Source: Candidatus Obscuribacteraceae bacterium
GTDB taxonomy: Bacteria > Cyanobacteriota > Vampirovibrionia > Obscuribacterales > Obscuribacteraceae
Length of the DNA: 64,000 nt
NCBI GenBank assembly: GCA_044229845.1
Contig: JBGASG010000002.1
Span: forward strand, 288,001-352,000
Direction of reading: 5' to 3'
Shown here one piece after another: positions 51,134 to 60,203 of the stretch (the stretch's first letter is position 1; each line of letters opens with the position of its first letter). Made by a program: the position numbers and the translations under genes. Under the pieces are notes generated by a model. It was not told where the DNA came from, did no database searches, and saw only the letters and a program-made list of their open reading frames with translations.

Positions 51134-52314
51134 AGGTAGCTCTGCTCAGCTGCGGTCTCGGGCACGTCACACGTGGTTTCGAGGTCTCTACGCTGCGCTG
51201 GTATGAAGCCCTCAAGCGCCAGGGCGACCTGGATGTGAAACTTTTTGCCGGGGGCAAGTATCCCGACACGCACTGGGTGTGGAATCTGAACCGCGACGGC
51301 GCCCTTAATGTGCCGTTTCGTCATTTTCCGTTTCTAGACGAGAAGCAGCAGTGGGAATTCAGTTATGGGGCTGAACAGGTCAGCTTCGGCTGCTCGTTCA
51401 TAGTCGAGCAGTTTCGCTTTTTTCGCCCGGACATCGTCTGGACAAAAGAAGCACCGCTCGCCCACGTCATCGATTTCTGGCGACAGTTGTTAGGTCTTGA
51501 TTTCAAAATCATCTTCGCCAACGGCGGCGCGTTCAATCCGCGCACTTATCGCCAGTTCGACTTCATCCAGCACCTGCAGCCCGATTCGATGGCGCAGGCA
51601 TTGGCGTTCGGACTGCCGGAAGCGCAGATGAACATCATTCCCAACGTTGTGCAGCCTCTGCCACCGTCGGCGGCGCGCACCAAACTGCGCGCTCAGTACG
51701 GCTTGCAACCGGACGACTTCGCCATCGTCAGCGTGGCCGCCTGGAATCAGTATCATAAACGCATCGGCTACATAATCGAAGAAGTAAGCCGGCTCAGCGA
51801 CCCGCGCATCAAACTGATATTGTGCGGACAGAGCGAAACAGAAACACCGCCCCTGCAGGAGAAGGCGGCGCGACTCTTGCCTGGTCGCGTCTTCTGGCTT
51901 TCGGTGCCGCCCCGAGAAGTATTCGACGTGCTTTACGCCAGCGATCTTTTCGCCCTCGCCAGCCTCAACGAGGGGCTGGGCATGGCAGTGATCGAAGCAG
52001 CCATGGCCGGTCTGCCGGTAATCTGCCACCCGCACGGCGGCAGCCGCTATATAGTCGACAACGAGCAATACTGGTTGCGCGACTTGAGTCAAGAAGGCTC
52101 GCTGTCGCGTCGCATCACCGAAATTCGCCGGCAGGGCATCGACCCGGCACGCCTGGCGGCGCTCAAACGCCAGGTGCGCGAACGATTTGGTGAGCAAGCG
52201 CTGGTCAGCGAATTCACCACCATGGTCGAGCGCCTGGTCGGGCGCAGCACCAGATTTGATACCACCGTCGCGAGCGATGAGCACCTGGCGTCCCTGCCGG
52301 GCAGAGACTCGTGA
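51118..52314 (+). CDS. GT4 glycosyltransferase
   Basis: RGFE, HKR, EGLGMAVIEAAMAGLPVI (EX7E motif); overlaps the GH3 stop. Confidence 0.92.
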   Translation: MGDRIKVALLSCGLGHVTRGFEVSTLRWYEALKRQGDLDVKLFAGGKYPDTHWVWNLNRDGALNVPFRHFPFLDEKQQWEFSYGAEQVSFGCSFIVEQFRFFRPDIVWTKEAPLAHVIDFWRQLLGLDFKIIFANGGAFNPRTYRQFDFIQHLQPDSMAQALAFGLPEAQMNIIPNVVQPLPPSAARTKLRAQYGLQPDDFAIVSVAAWNQYHKRIGYIIEEVSRLSDPRIKLILCGQSETETPPLQEKAARLLPGRVFWLSVPPREVFDVLYASDLFALASLNEGLGMAVIEAAMAGLPVICHPHGGSRYIVDNEQYWLRDLSQEGSLSRRITEIRRQGIDPARLAALKRQVRERFGEQALVSEFTTMVERLVGRSTRFDTTVASDEHLASLPGRDS

Positions 52315-53906
52315 GCGAAACCTACGTCAAGCTCACCCGTTCACAGCTAATTGCCACCATTATCGGTTTGCAGCTGTCGCTACTGGTTGCCGCCGTCGAT
52401 CAAACGATCGTCGCGGCGGCCATGCCGATCATGGTAGCCAATCTGGGCGGCTTCGACAGATATGCCTGGGTGACCACAGCCTATCTGCTCACATCGACGA
52501 CGGCGGTGCCGATTTTCGGTAAGCTCTCAGACCTGTACGGGCGCAAGTGGCTCTTGCTCTTCGGAGTAGTTTTGTTCGTGGTTTCATCGATGTTCTGCGG
52601 ACTGGCAGGACAATATGATTTGCCCGGCATGGACGGCATGACCCAATTGATTGCAGCGCGGGCGCTGCAAGGACTGGGCGGAGGCATCATCATGTCACTG
52701 ACGTTTGCCTCGGTGGGCGACATTTTTTCGCCGGCGGAACGGGGCAAGTATCAAGGCATATTCGCCTCCGTCTTCGCACTTTCCGGTCTGGCCGGTCCCG
52801 CACTCGGCGGTTTCATCTCCGAAAAATTCTCCTGGCGCTGGGTGTTTTACATCAACCTGCCGATCGGCATCATTGCTTGCCTGGCGCTGATTCTGGCGTT
52901 TCCCAATTTGCAAACCGGCAGGCGCCGTCCCGAGATCGATTACCTGGGTATAGGTCTTTTGATCGGTTTTGTGGTGCCGTTGCTCCTGGCACTGAATATG
53001 GTGACCAACCCGCGCGAATTCTACAGCGCCGGCGCGCTGTTTTTGCTGTCGGCAATCATGCTGGTATTGCTTTTGATGACCGAAGCGCAGGCGGTCGAGC
53101 CGATTATTCCGCTGCAAATTCTCAGGCAGCCGATCGCAGCCGTATCTTTGATCACCGTCTTCATTACGGGAATCGGCATGTTCGGCTCGACCATGTTGCT
53201 GCCGATCTTTTTCCAGTCGGTGATGGGCCTTTCACCAACCATGTCGGGCTCGTTGCTTACTCCTTTGATGGTGACCGTAGCTGTAGGCAGCACCTTATCT
53301 GGTGCGATGCTTTCGAAGTTCGGCAAATACAAGACTCTCGCCCTCACAGGCTGCACCGGCATGGCCCTGGGCACGGCTCTGCTCGGTTTCCTGACAGGCA
53401 GCCGATCGCTGCCGCCAATCCTGGGCTCGATGGTTGTCAGTGGAATCGGACTGGGGCTTTTGCTGCCGATGTACACAATTGTCATCCAGAACTCGTTGCC
53501 CCAATCGCAGCTGGGTCTGGCTACCGGACTGACGCAATTTTTCCGGACGCTGGGCGGGGCCCTGGGTAGCGCCGTTTTCGGGCTTACGATTCTTTATCTA
53601 TATAATGGCAAGCTGGGAGAGAGTTTACCCAATAATCTGCCGGAAAGCGTCCGCCAGGCTGTCAGTGATCCCCTGAATCCCGGTAAACTTAGGGCTGTCA
53701 TCGAGGGTCATCTTGGCAACACCGCGCAAGCAAGCGATCTATTGCATTCAGTTCAGATAGCACTGATGCATGCCATCGGAACCGTGTTCGTCATTTATGG
53801 AACCCTCCTGTTCTCAGTCGTCATACTCAATTTGTTTCTGAAGGAAATTCCGCTGCGGAAGAAGCCGGCGAATGAACCGAATGAACTCCAAGTTTCTACT
53901 GAATAG
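52311..53906 (+). CDS. MFS DHA2 (14-TM) efflux transporter
   Basis: DQTIV, GKLSDLYGRK, RALQGLGGG, WRWVFYINLPIG; GTGA overlap with the GT4 gene. Confidence 0.93.
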   Translation: MSETYVKLTRSQLIATIIGLQLSLLVAAVDQTIVAAAMPIMVANLGGFDRYAWVTTAYLLTSTTAVPIFGKLSDLYGRKWLLLFGVVLFVVSSMFCGLAGQYDLPGMDGMTQLIAARALQGLGGGIIMSLTFASVGDIFSPAERGKYQGIFASVFALSGLAGPALGGFISEKFSWRWVFYINLPIGIIACLALILAFPNLQTGRRRPEIDYLGIGLLIGFVVPLLLALNMVTNPREFYSAGALFLLSAIMLVLLLMTEAQAVEPIIPLQILRQPIAAVSLITVFITGIGMFGSTMLLPIFFQSVMGLSPTMSGSLLTPLMVTVAVGSTLSGAMLSKFGKYKTLALTGCTGMALGTALLGFLTGSRSLPPILGSMVVSGIGLGLLLPMYTIVIQNSLPQSQLGLATGLTQFFRTLGGALGSAVFGLTILYLYNGKLGESLPNNLPESVRQAVSDPLNPGKLRAVIEGHLGNTAQASDLLHSVQIALMHAIGTVFVIYGTLLFSVVILNLFLKEIPLRKKPANEPNELQVSTE

Positions 53907-54981
53907 TTTGTTGTCGACAATAATGCTCGGCACGATGGCGTTGCCGACAATGGCTGCCGATAGCAATGGCACCGACGCTGATGGACAGTTTCTGGCTATC
54001 AAAAAACCAAAGTCAGGATTGACCGGCGGCGTGCAAGAGAACATCACACCAACCTCGGTGGTGCGCGAGAACGTCAACGAGTTTTCGCAGTCGCTGAAAA
54101 TTCCCATTATCAAATGGTCACAGCACGACAGTCAGGCACCACAAGCTGTGCTGGTCGCCCTGCACGGCTCGACGCTGCACAGCGGCGTCTTCGAAGAGTT
54201 TTCTCGGCAAATGGTCGGCCGCGGCTACATGGTAGTAGCACCGGACATGCGCGGATTTGGACGGTGGCGCACCGACCCGAAAAATTTTGAGAACGGCACC
54301 AAAATCGAGTTCTACAAAGACCGCGCCGATCTCGTCAATCTCTTGCAGATGCTGCGCAATCAATATCCCAAGACACCGCTCTATTGCATCGGCGAAAGTT
54401 TGGGCGGCAACCTGTCACTGTGGGTGGCCAGCGTCCATCCCGATCTCGTAGACGGCATCATTCTCTCCAGTCCGTGCATCAAGCGGCACTGGTGCATCAA
54501 CCGCACACTGGCAGTCGACTTCTTCAAAGCGGCGCGCTTCCCTCACCGCCAGGTGCCGACGGCACCATACGCCAAGCGCTATCTCTCCGAGAGCAAAGAA
54601 GTGACGGCGGCGTATCTGGCCGATCCCGGCATCAGAAAAGCGATGACTGCATACGAGTCATTCCAGAGTTTTCACGTCAATCGTTCGTGCTTGCTGTATG
54701 CGGAGAACGTTCCCCCGGACATGCCGATTCTCGTGATTGAAGGAACGAACGATCGCATGTACGTGGCCAAAGCGGTAGGACCGCTGATGAAACGCGTCCC
54801 GTCCAGCGATGAAACAGTCCATTATCTGAAGAATCGCGGACACATTCATTTGGAGACCCCGCACATCAAAGACGATGTGGTGGAGACGGTAGATGATTGG
54901 CTGCGTATCCATATTCAGACTGAGTCGGCGCGCAAGCGCAGCACTCCGGCTTCAATTTCCGCCAATCCAGAGCAGCTCTAG
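53881..54981 (+). CDS. Secreted lysophospholipase-like alpha/beta hydrolase
   Basis: Signal peptide; HGSTLH, DMRGFG, GESLGG, EGTND, RGH (intact triad). Confidence 0.88.
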   Translation: MNSKFLLNSLLSTIMLGTMALPTMAADSNGTDADGQFLAIKKPKSGLTGGVQENITPTSVVRENVNEFSQSLKIPIIKWSQHDSQAPQAVLVALHGSTLHSGVFEEFSRQMVGRGYMVVAPDMRGFGRWRTDPKNFENGTKIEFYKDRADLVNLLQMLRNQYPKTPLYCIGESLGGNLSLWVASVHPDLVDGIILSSPCIKRHWCINRTLAVDFFKAARFPHRQVPTAPYAKRYLSESKEVTAAYLADPGIRKAMTAYESFQSFHVNRSCLLYAENVPPDMPILVIEGTNDRMYVAKAVGPLMKRVPSSDETVHYLKNRGHIHLETPHIKDDVVETVDDWLRIHIQTESARKRSTPASISANPEQL

Positions 54982-55241
54982 AATTGTCCCTGTTCGACCG
55001 CGGGCTTTTGTGGCGTCGTGCCGGCTTGTGGCGCGGTAGATTGACCAGTGCCGCGTTCTTCCGGAGGAATCCAGGCCGGTTGCTCGAACTTAAGTGAGTC
55101 GGTAGGAGCAGTGATCATCGTGCCCCCGTTCAAGCTCAGGGCGTACACACCGCCAAAGATGGCGAATGCCGCCAGGCTGACGATAGTAATAATCAAGGTC
55201 AAGCTGGCCGATTTTTGGGCGGGCGGTTGGTAGTTTCTCAT
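54978..55241 (-). CDS. Small single-TM hypothetical protein
   Basis: MRNYQPP start after GGAG; one TM helix and a P/Q/T-rich tail. Confidence 0.6.
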   Translation of the reverse strand: MRNYQPPAQKSASLTLIITIVSLAAFAIFGGVYALSLNGGTMITAPTDSLKFEQPAWIPPEERGTGQSTAPQAGTTPQKPAVEQGQF

Positions 55242-55486
55242 TCTCAGAAGGTCTCCCGGAGGACGCGCAAATTGGGGCTGGGCAATACTGACTGGATCGA
55301 TAGACGTCGACGTAGGTGCATGTTCCCGATTGTGGCACTTTGCAAATGATTGCGCCAATCGGTCGGCGGGCGCGCCTAAACGGAACCGGCTCAACGTTAT
55401 GGAGAAACTACAAGCCAGGGCGGGGTTACCCCGCTCAGGCATTTGGGCGATAAAATGATGTATCGCGACAACGGAGTACAGTACCA

Positions 55487-57124
55487 ATGAAGCGTCTTCT
55501 GGCGAACGTTCTCGGATTCACATTGTGCACCGCCCTTCTGGCACCGTGCTTCACAGCCGCCGGTCTGCCTGGGGTGGCGGAAGCAAAGTCCAGCTCTAAG
55601 TCCAGCTCTAAAGCTGAGTCCTCCGACGACAACGCCGCGGACGACGACAAGAAGTTGCCGAAGGGCGTAATCGAGAACCCCACCGACATTCCGACATTGA
55701 AGTGGACAAACATCGTCGGACCTCCGCGCGCTGCAGTCTTATGTATTCACGGACTGGGACTGCACAAAGAAACCTATGAAGCCTTCGCGCATGAACTGAA
55801 CAAAAAGGGGATCATCGTCTGGGCCATTGACGTGCGCGGATTTGGTGAGTGGATCAAGCGCGACCCCAATAACCGCGTCAACTATCCCCAGTGCTTTCAA
55901 GACATCAAAGTGACGCTGCAAGCGATGCACCGCGAGCATCAAAACATGCCCATATACATTGCGGGCGAATCGATGGGCGGAGCGATTGCGCTGCGTGCCA
56001 CCGCCGAGTTTCAAGATTTGCTGGACGGCATGTTTTCTTCGGTGCCGGCAGGAGACCGAGTACACGAAGGGCGCATGACCTTGAAAGTGGCAATGCACGC
56101 TCTCACCTCGGGTTTCAACAGCCTGATGCCGATCGGGACAGACGTGATCGCCTACGGCACCGACCGCACCGGCACCACTCCGGATGATGCTCTGCGCAAA
56201 ACCTGGCTGGCCGATCCGGACGGCAGAAACACGATGACGCCCAAGGAATTGATGCAATTCGACGGTTTGTGCGACGGCAATTTCAAAGCCGCTAAACGCG
56301 TCACCAGGGTTCCCGTATTGTTCGTGCAGGGTGGCTATGACGGACTGATCGTGCCAGCATCTACTACTCAACTCGCCGATGCCTTCCCACCCGAAAACAC
56401 CGATCGGCACATTGCCTACAGTCAAAACTCCGAGCACCTGATCTTCGAATACGGCAACTTCAAACCGGAGGACCTCACTTACGTCACCGACTGGCTCGAT
56501 AGGCACATCGCGTCCTGGAACAAGCAAGTCGGCACCGTTGCCGATGCCACCGTCAAAATCGATGCACCCGGACAGGGTGCCAAGCTCTCATACTGGATCG
56601 AGTTATTGCGCGACGGCAAGTTCTATCGCTGCAACAACAAGATGGTCTTCAAGACGGGCGACGAAATACGTTTTCACATGACGCCCAGCAATAACGGCTA
56701 CGTGATCGTCATGATGAAGGGCAGCAGCGGCAAGACTGCGATTCTGTTCCCGGGCGACCAGACCGGGTTGAACAACGAACTTTTGGCCGGCAAAGACTGT
56801 GTGGTGCCCAATCAATCCTATCTGAAGTTCGACTCCACACCGGGCACCGAAAAACTGGCGGTACTTTTCTCGAGAGAGAAGATCAATCCCAACATGCAGC
56901 TCTATCAACCCTCGACCGTCACTGCTTACATATCGCCGAGCGCGGATGGTTCGAAAGACATCATGCCCACTCGCATGCAGTTAAAGTGGGATGACACCGA
57001 CGTTGTCGCCATGGCACCGGATGCAGTGGCTTCATCGGTAACCAAGAACGCCGGCGTCGTAAATGTTGTATACAGCGGGTCACACCCGGTCATGGCAGTA
57101 GACATCGCGCTGGAGCACCAATGA
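55487..57124 (+). CDS. Secreted alpha/beta hydrolase fused to a C-terminal DUF4384-like domain
   Basis: Signal peptide; HGLGLH, GESMGG, QGGYD, SEH; C-terminal FKTGDEIRF..GYV..GSSG...LFP..PGTE. Confidence 0.88.
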   Translation: MKRLLANVLGFTLCTALLAPCFTAAGLPGVAEAKSSSKSSSKAESSDDNAADDDKKLPKGVIENPTDIPTLKWTNIVGPPRAAVLCIHGLGLHKETYEAFAHELNKKGIIVWAIDVRGFGEWIKRDPNNRVNYPQCFQDIKVTLQAMHREHQNMPIYIAGESMGGAIALRATAEFQDLLDGMFSSVPAGDRVHEGRMTLKVAMHALTSGFNSLMPIGTDVIAYGTDRTGTTPDDALRKTWLADPDGRNTMTPKELMQFDGLCDGNFKAAKRVTRVPVLFVQGGYDGLIVPASTTQLADAFPPENTDRHIAYSQNSEHLIFEYGNFKPEDLTYVTDWLDRHIASWNKQVGTVADATVKIDAPGQGAKLSYWIELLRDGKFYRCNNKMVFKTGDEIRFHMTPSNNGYVIVMMKGSSGKTAILFPGDQTGLNNELLAGKDCVVPNQSYLKFDSTPGTEKLAVLFSREKINPNMQLYQPSTVTAYISPSADGSKDIMPTRMQLKWDDTDVVAMAPDAVASSVTKNAGVVNVVYSGSHPVMAVDIALEHQ

Positions 57125-58812
57125 AGAAACGGCAATTCGGACTACTTCTCGCTGCTGCACTGGCCTCATCAGGCTTGCTCAGCTCGACGGCAATCGCAGC
57201 CGCCGACACCGGCAGTTATACCACCCAGCAGGATCTGAACCCAAACAAGTCTTCAACGAACCGCCCGATCAAAAACAAGTGGGCGCTGGTGATTGGCGCT
57301 TCCAAATTCAGCACCACGAGACTGAATACTAACCAAGACTTCGATGCCGCGGCCCGCAATTTTCAGGCATACCTGATCGACCCGCACGGGGGACGGTTCG
57401 AAAAGTCGCATGTGAAAGCGCTGATCAATTCGGCAGCCGTCTACCACAATCTGGAATCGGCATTGAAAGACGGCTTTCTCGGCAAGGTCGCGGAAGAAGA
57501 CGATCTGGTCGTCATATTCGTGGCCACCCGCGGTTTCCCAACTACAGACGGCAAGGTTTATCTTTGCGCGCACGACGTAGCGCTCAACAACATTGGCGGC
57601 ACGTGCATGAAAGTCGAAGACTTGATCAAAATGATAAAAACCAACGTCAAGTCAAAACGCATCGTCCTTGTAATTGAAGCCTCCGGAAGCGGACCTGAGG
57701 ACCCCACGGTCGGTAAGGCACTCAAAGTCGCACAGAATGTCGACGTCGATAAACTCAACACCGGCGAAGGTTTCATCATTCTCTCTTCCAGCGGACCGGA
57801 TCAAGTTACGTGGGGAACTCAGTTTTCGACGAACTTGATCAAATGCTTGCGAGAGAACGATGGAATGGTGTCGTTACGCACCGCGTTCCAGTCTGCGCGG
57901 ACGGCTACCGAGGCTGCCACCGCCGCTGATGTCAAACGCCAGAACAAGCAAACACCGGTGATGAGCTGGAACTGGAGCGGTCAGGACATGGTGTTGGGCG
58001 CGCCGAGTGGAACCGAATCCGCTGCGCTGCAGAAGGTGTTGGGCGCCGAATCACATTATTTCAGAGCGCTACAGGCGCAGGGCAGCAATGACCTTGTCAC
58101 CGCTCAAACCGAGTTTGAAGCGGCCATAAAAGAGGATCCCTATTACGGCGATGCGCTCAACGACTATGGCGGCATGCTGGCCGGGAAGGGTGATTGGACC
58201 GGCGCTTCGCAAAAATTCGAGCAGGCAGTGGAGGTGCGTCCCGACGATGCGCTCTTCCATTATAACTACGCACGCGCTCTGGCTAAACTCAAGAAACCTG
58301 ATGAATCTCTGGCGGAACTTCAGAAGTCCTACAGTCTGAACAACAGAGATCGCAACACGCTTATTGCGCTTGCCGATTTGATGAACAAAAAAGATGAACC
58401 GGACAAAGCCCTGCAATACCTGCAGGAAGCACTCCTGACGGCACCGGACGACGCAGATCTCTTGACGCGCATCAGCGTTTCGCAATGCAAAAAAGGACAG
58501 GTCGACACTGCGATCGAAACCGCGCGACAAGCAATCGCGAAGGATCCCAGTTACCTGACTGCCTATCTCAACCTGGGCAGCTATTATCTCGGCAATAAGA
58601 ACGCCGACATGGCTGCTGAAACATACCGTCATGCCACCATTATCAATCCCAACAGTGCGGATGCTCATCTATATTTAGGAAAAGCTTTGCAACAGCTCAA
58701 CCAGGAAACGGAAGCGGTGGCGGAGTATCGCAAGTTTCTTGATCTCTGCGGCAGCAACGACCCGCGCGCGGAAGATACACGCAAAGTCATCAGCGAACTC
58801 GGCAAAATCTAA
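57121..58812 (+). CDS. Secreted caspase-like (catalytically degenerate) plus TPR protein
   Basis: KWALVIG, DDLVVIFVATRG (His to Arg), IEASGSG (Cys to Ser), QTPV; C-terminal TPRs; ATGA overlap with the upstream hydrolase. Confidence 0.88.
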   Translation: MKKRQFGLLLAAALASSGLLSSTAIAAADTGSYTTQQDLNPNKSSTNRPIKNKWALVIGASKFSTTRLNTNQDFDAAARNFQAYLIDPHGGRFEKSHVKALINSAAVYHNLESALKDGFLGKVAEEDDLVVIFVATRGFPTTDGKVYLCAHDVALNNIGGTCMKVEDLIKMIKTNVKSKRIVLVIEASGSGPEDPTVGKALKVAQNVDVDKLNTGEGFIILSSSGPDQVTWGTQFSTNLIKCLRENDGMVSLRTAFQSARTATEAATAADVKRQNKQTPVMSWNWSGQDMVLGAPSGTESAALQKVLGAESHYFRALQAQGSNDLVTAQTEFEAAIKEDPYYGDALNDYGGMLAGKGDWTGASQKFEQAVEVRPDDALFHYNYARALAKLKKPDESLAELQKSYSLNNRDRNTLIALADLMNKKDEPDKALQYLQEALLTAPDDADLLTRISVSQCKKGQVDTAIETARQAIAKDPSYLTAYLNLGSYYLGNKNADMAAETYRHATIINPNSADAHLYLGKALQQLNQETEAVAEYRKFLDLCGSNDPRAEDTRKVISELGKI

Positions 58813-58998
58813 TCAAAGCTCGTCTGCTGCGAAAACAGTAGAGTTTCACGGTTGAGCTTGCGGGCCGTCACGAAAATCTGGGAACTGGCGGCTGCCAAAT
58901 AGCATCGTTCTGGGCAGAGTTAGTGCGCTGCAGTGGATTGGCAGCGTAATTTATTGGTCCCAAACGGGCGCCTGGGCGGCGTTCCCGGAGGTATTGCT

Positions 58999-59280
58999 AT
59001 GTCCCCCGAAGAGAGAAGCTTTGATCGACTGCAGCGCCTTTTAGGCGATGCGATCTCCGAGTTGCGCAGAACCAGAGGATTATCGGTGGCGGAACTAGCA
59101 GACGCAGCCGGCATCAGCGAGCCAGCTATGACGGCCATCGAGACGGGCTTCGATCCACCAACCATCGTGTGTTTCGTGAGAATTTGCGGCGCTCTAGAAT
59201 GTGAGGCGTCCGAGATGCTGGCTGCCGCCGAGCAAAGATTTCGCACATCTAACTTTTTCGGCGAACACGACAGCTACTGA
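58999..59280 (+). CDS. XRE-family HTH regulator
   Basis: LRRTRGLS..ELA.AAGIS...IETG..PT; GGAGG RBS. Confidence 0.85.
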   Translation: MSPEERSFDRLQRLLGDAISELRRTRGLSVAELADAAGISEPAMTAIETGFDPPTIVCFVRICGALECEASEMLAAAEQRFRTSNFFGEHDSY

Positions 59281-59318
59281 CCATGCAACTTTGCGAGCCA
59301 TCGAACGTCGCTCGGTAC

Positions 59319-60107
59319 ATGCTCAACAATAAAATTGGCTCTGCCACCATGTTAATAGCCGCGACTCTAATCTGTGGTGCTGCTCACGCAGGCACAGTCC
59401 ATCAAGCACCGGATGTGGTGCTGACTCCAGAGCAACTGCGCAACCTGCCACCAGCAGAAGTGGCAAGACTGGCGGTGCCGGTGAAAGTGAACGCATGGCG
59501 AGCCAAAGCCGCTGAGTACGAAGTGCAGGGCGACTATGCCGGCGCGCGTGCCCTCTACGAGCGCGAGTACGCGATCTGGCGGGCCCGTTATGGCGACACC
59601 GACATGCATCTGGTGGCGCCGCTGCACAGTCTGGGAGCGCTCGCCGAACTGGATGGCGACTATGACCAGGCTTGGAAGTACTTTGCCGAGGAATTGGCGC
59701 TGCATGAAAGGACATTCGGTCCGACGCATCCGCTCAATATTCCTTCGCTTCGGCAGCTGGCCAATATCGCGGAGCAAAAACACGACTATTCGGCAGCACT
59801 CAGACTTTATCAGCAGGAGCTGGCGGCGATTCAGGGCAGCATGCCCAGAACCACAGCCCTGCCGGCAAATACACACGCTCGTCTGGGTCATGTGTACGAG
59901 AAAACTGGAGATTTCGCACATGCCGAGACTGAGTTAAAAGCCGCAATCGCTCTCCTGCAACCGATTAGCGACCCTGGCGATCCCTATATCCCGGACTTGC
60001 TGAAGGATCTGGCTCGGATCTATGAAAAACAGGGACGGCCCGCGGAGGCAAAAGCCTCACTGGCTCGGGCGGACGCGATTATTAAATCGCCCAAGAGCGT
60101 CTTGTAA
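59319..60107 (+). CDS. Secreted TPR protein
   Basis: Signal peptide ending AHA; ~42-aa TPR repeats (G..HP..L..LA). Confidence 0.85.
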   Translation: MLNNKIGSATMLIAATLICGAAHAGTVHQAPDVVLTPEQLRNLPPAEVARLAVPVKVNAWRAKAAEYEVQGDYAGARALYEREYAIWRARYGDTDMHLVAPLHSLGALAELDGDYDQAWKYFAEELALHERTFGPTHPLNIPSLRQLANIAEQKHDYSAALRLYQQELAAIQGSMPRTTALPANTHARLGHVYEKTGDFAHAETELKAAIALLQPISDPGDPYIPDLLKDLARIYEKQGRPAEAKASLARADAIIKSPKSVL

Positions 60108-60203
60108 TCTTTAAACATCAGATCTATTTCTCTATTTAGACGGATACCTCTTATGCGGCGGGTATAAGACTAAGCAGATTGACCCTTTTGGTAAGGTGTC
60201 TCG

